64,000 nucleotides of DNA from Pseudomonas flexibilis (lineage in GTDB: Bacteria > Pseudomonadota > Gammaproteobacteria > Pseudomonadales > Pseudomonadaceae), in NCBI RefSeq assembly GCF_000802425.1, contig NZ_JRUD01000009.1, forward strand, positions 36,788 through 100,787, given 5' to 3'. Of the stretch, positions 62,620-64,000 are shown one piece after another (position 1 is the first letter of the stretch; each line of letters starts with the position of its first letter). Below the pieces are notes generated by a model. The model was given only the letters and a program-made list of their open reading frames with translations, had not been told where the DNA came from and made no database searches. The translations under genes and the position numbers were made by a program.

Positions 62620-63888
62620 ATGCACGTGATGAAGTTGAGCGCAATCGCCCTGGCCGTTACCGCAGGCGCCTCCCAGCTGGCCATGGCCAGCGCCCAGTCC
62701 GAAGCGAAGGGACTGATGGAGGACAGCAGCCTTGATCTCTTCAACCGCAACCTGTACTTCAACCGCGACTTTCAGAACAACGCGCCCGGCACCCAAAGCA
62801 AGGTCGAAGAATGGGCGCACGGCTTCACTGCCACCTTCGAGTCCGGCTTCACCCAGGGCCCGGTCGGCTTCGGTTTTGATGCCTATGGCATGATCGGCCT
62901 GAAGCTGGACAGCAGCCCGAGCCGTGCCGGCACCGGCCTGCTGCCCGTCGGCTCCGACGGCTACGCCGAGGACGAATACGCCGAGGCTGGCGGCGTGGTC
63001 AAGGCGCGGGTCTCCAGCAGCGTGCTCAAGTACGGCCAGCAGATCGTCGGCGTGCCGGTGTTCGCCACCGACGACAGCCGCCTGCTGCCGGAAACCGCGA
63101 CCGGCTTCATGCTGACCAGCAACGAACTCGAAGGGCTGGAGCTCAACGCTGGCCATTTCACTGCCTTGAATGCCCAGGCACAGACCGGCCATGACAGTGT
63201 TGGCCTGAAACGTCTCGACTTCGTCGGCGGCACCTACGCCGTCGACGACAACTTCTCGCTCTCGCTGTACTACTCGGACGCCCACGACGCCTTCCAGAAA
63301 GTCTACGGCAACCTCAATTACACGGTGCCGCTGGTCAACGAGCAGTCGTTGAACTTCGACTTCAACATCTACCGTACCGACTACGAGGCAGAGTACACCG
63401 GTACCGGCGATGACGAGGGCAACACTATCTGGAGCCTGGCGGCCACCTACAGCCTGGGCGCCCACAGCTTCATGCTGGCCTACCAGAAGTCCATCGGCGG
63501 CTTCGACGGCATTGGCTACGACTACGGTATCGATGGTGGCGGCACCGTGTATCTGGCCAACTCGGTGCAGCGCTCGGACTTCAACGCCCAGGACGAGAAG
63601 TCCTGGCAGGCCCGCTACGACCTGGACCTGGCGGCGGTCGGCCTGAACGGCTTCAAGTTCATGACCCGCTACATCTACGGCGACGACGCCGACGTCGGCA
63701 CCACCGACAACGGCAAGGAATGGGAACGCGACATCGAACTGCGCTACGTGGTGCCGGAAGGCCCGGCCAAAGACCTAAGCCTGCGCCTGCGCCAGGCCAC
63801 CTATCGCAGCAGTGACGGCGTCTACTACGGCTCGCCGAGCATCGACGAGGTGCGGGTGATCATCGAGTACCCGCTGAGTATTCTCTAA
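62620..63888 (+). CDS. OprD-family outer-membrane porin
   Basis: Signal peptide and the OprD-like beta-barrel sequence (NRNLYFNRDF...YDLDLAAVGLNGFKFMTRYIYGDD). AAGGAG lies 8 nt upstream of the ATG at 62620. The upstream region is unusually AT-rich. Confidence 0.9.
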   Translation: MHVMKLSAIALAVTAGASQLAMASAQSEAKGLMEDSSLDLFNRNLYFNRDFQNNAPGTQSKVEEWAHGFTATFESGFTQGPVGFGFDAYGMIGLKLDSSPSRAGTGLLPVGSDGYAEDEYAEAGGVVKARVSSSVLKYGQQIVGVPVFATDDSRLLPETATGFMLTSNELEGLELNAGHFTALNAQAQTGHDSVGLKRLDFVGGTYAVDDNFSLSLYYSDAHDAFQKVYGNLNYTVPLVNEQSLNFDFNIYRTDYEAEYTGTGDDEGNTIWSLAATYSLGAHSFMLAYQKSIGGFDGIGYDYGIDGGGTVYLANSVQRSDFNAQDEKSWQARYDLDLAAVGLNGFKFMTRYIYGDDADVGTTDNGKEWERDIELRYVVPEGPAKDLSLRLRQATYRSSDGVYYGSPSIDEVRVIIEYPLSIL

Positions 63889-64000
63889 CCAATCGCGGAC
63901 GAATCCGCTCCCACGCAAGCGGCACAGCCCGTGGGAGATTCTATGTCCGCCTCGTATACAAATCCGACGCAGACGACGACCCCTTCAAGTGATATCGACT

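Overview
This is a high-GC window with very biased third-codon positions and clearly gamma-proteobacterial, Pseudomonas-like gene content. Most long plus-strand ORFs in the six-frame track are antisense artefacts of real minus-strand genes. About 58 protein genes and one tRNA-Lys(CUU) can be supported. In order they are: an EamA/DMT permease; an RND efflux trio whose sizes match MexK/MexJ with a divergent TetR regulator (MexL-like); an SDR oxidoreductase; rsmJ; an extensin-like secreted protein; a PEP-mutase/isocitrate-lyase family enzyme; a DUF72 protein; tsaB, adk, ppc; several hypotheticals, including a QEGLA-motif protein and a lipoprotein; lysS and prfB with its programmed +1 frameshift; a ydcSTUV-patD-like ABC transporter plus gamma-aminobutyraldehyde dehydrogenase cluster; an Old-Yellow-Enzyme reductase; an MCP behind a sigma-28-like promoter; recJ; yaeQ. 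Next comes a conserved five-gene, tightly linked, co-directional block (likely an operon) on the minus strand: a PspA/IM30 (ESCRT-III-like) protein, a YqiJ/NfeD-like membrane protein, a YqiK/flotillin (SPFH) protein, a 1745-aa multidomain protein with a C-terminal MoxR/AAA_5-like ATPase module, and a single-HKD phospholipase-D-family protein. This block is the most interesting candidate for an undescribed membrane-remodelling or defence module. The window continues with nadA, tRNA-Lys, a di-haem cytochrome c peroxidase, a PAS-GGDEF-EAL protein, the full tol-pal cluster (cpoB, pal, tolB, tolA, tolR, tolQ, ybgC), ruvBAC, yebC/pmpR, aspS, dps, a membrane-anchored cold-shock-domain protein, sstT, an RluA-family pseudouridine synthase, slyX, a HIT protein and an OprD-family porin. 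No CRISPR array, transposase, integrase or prophage gene was seen. One gene (31695..32271) appears frameshifted at a short C-run.
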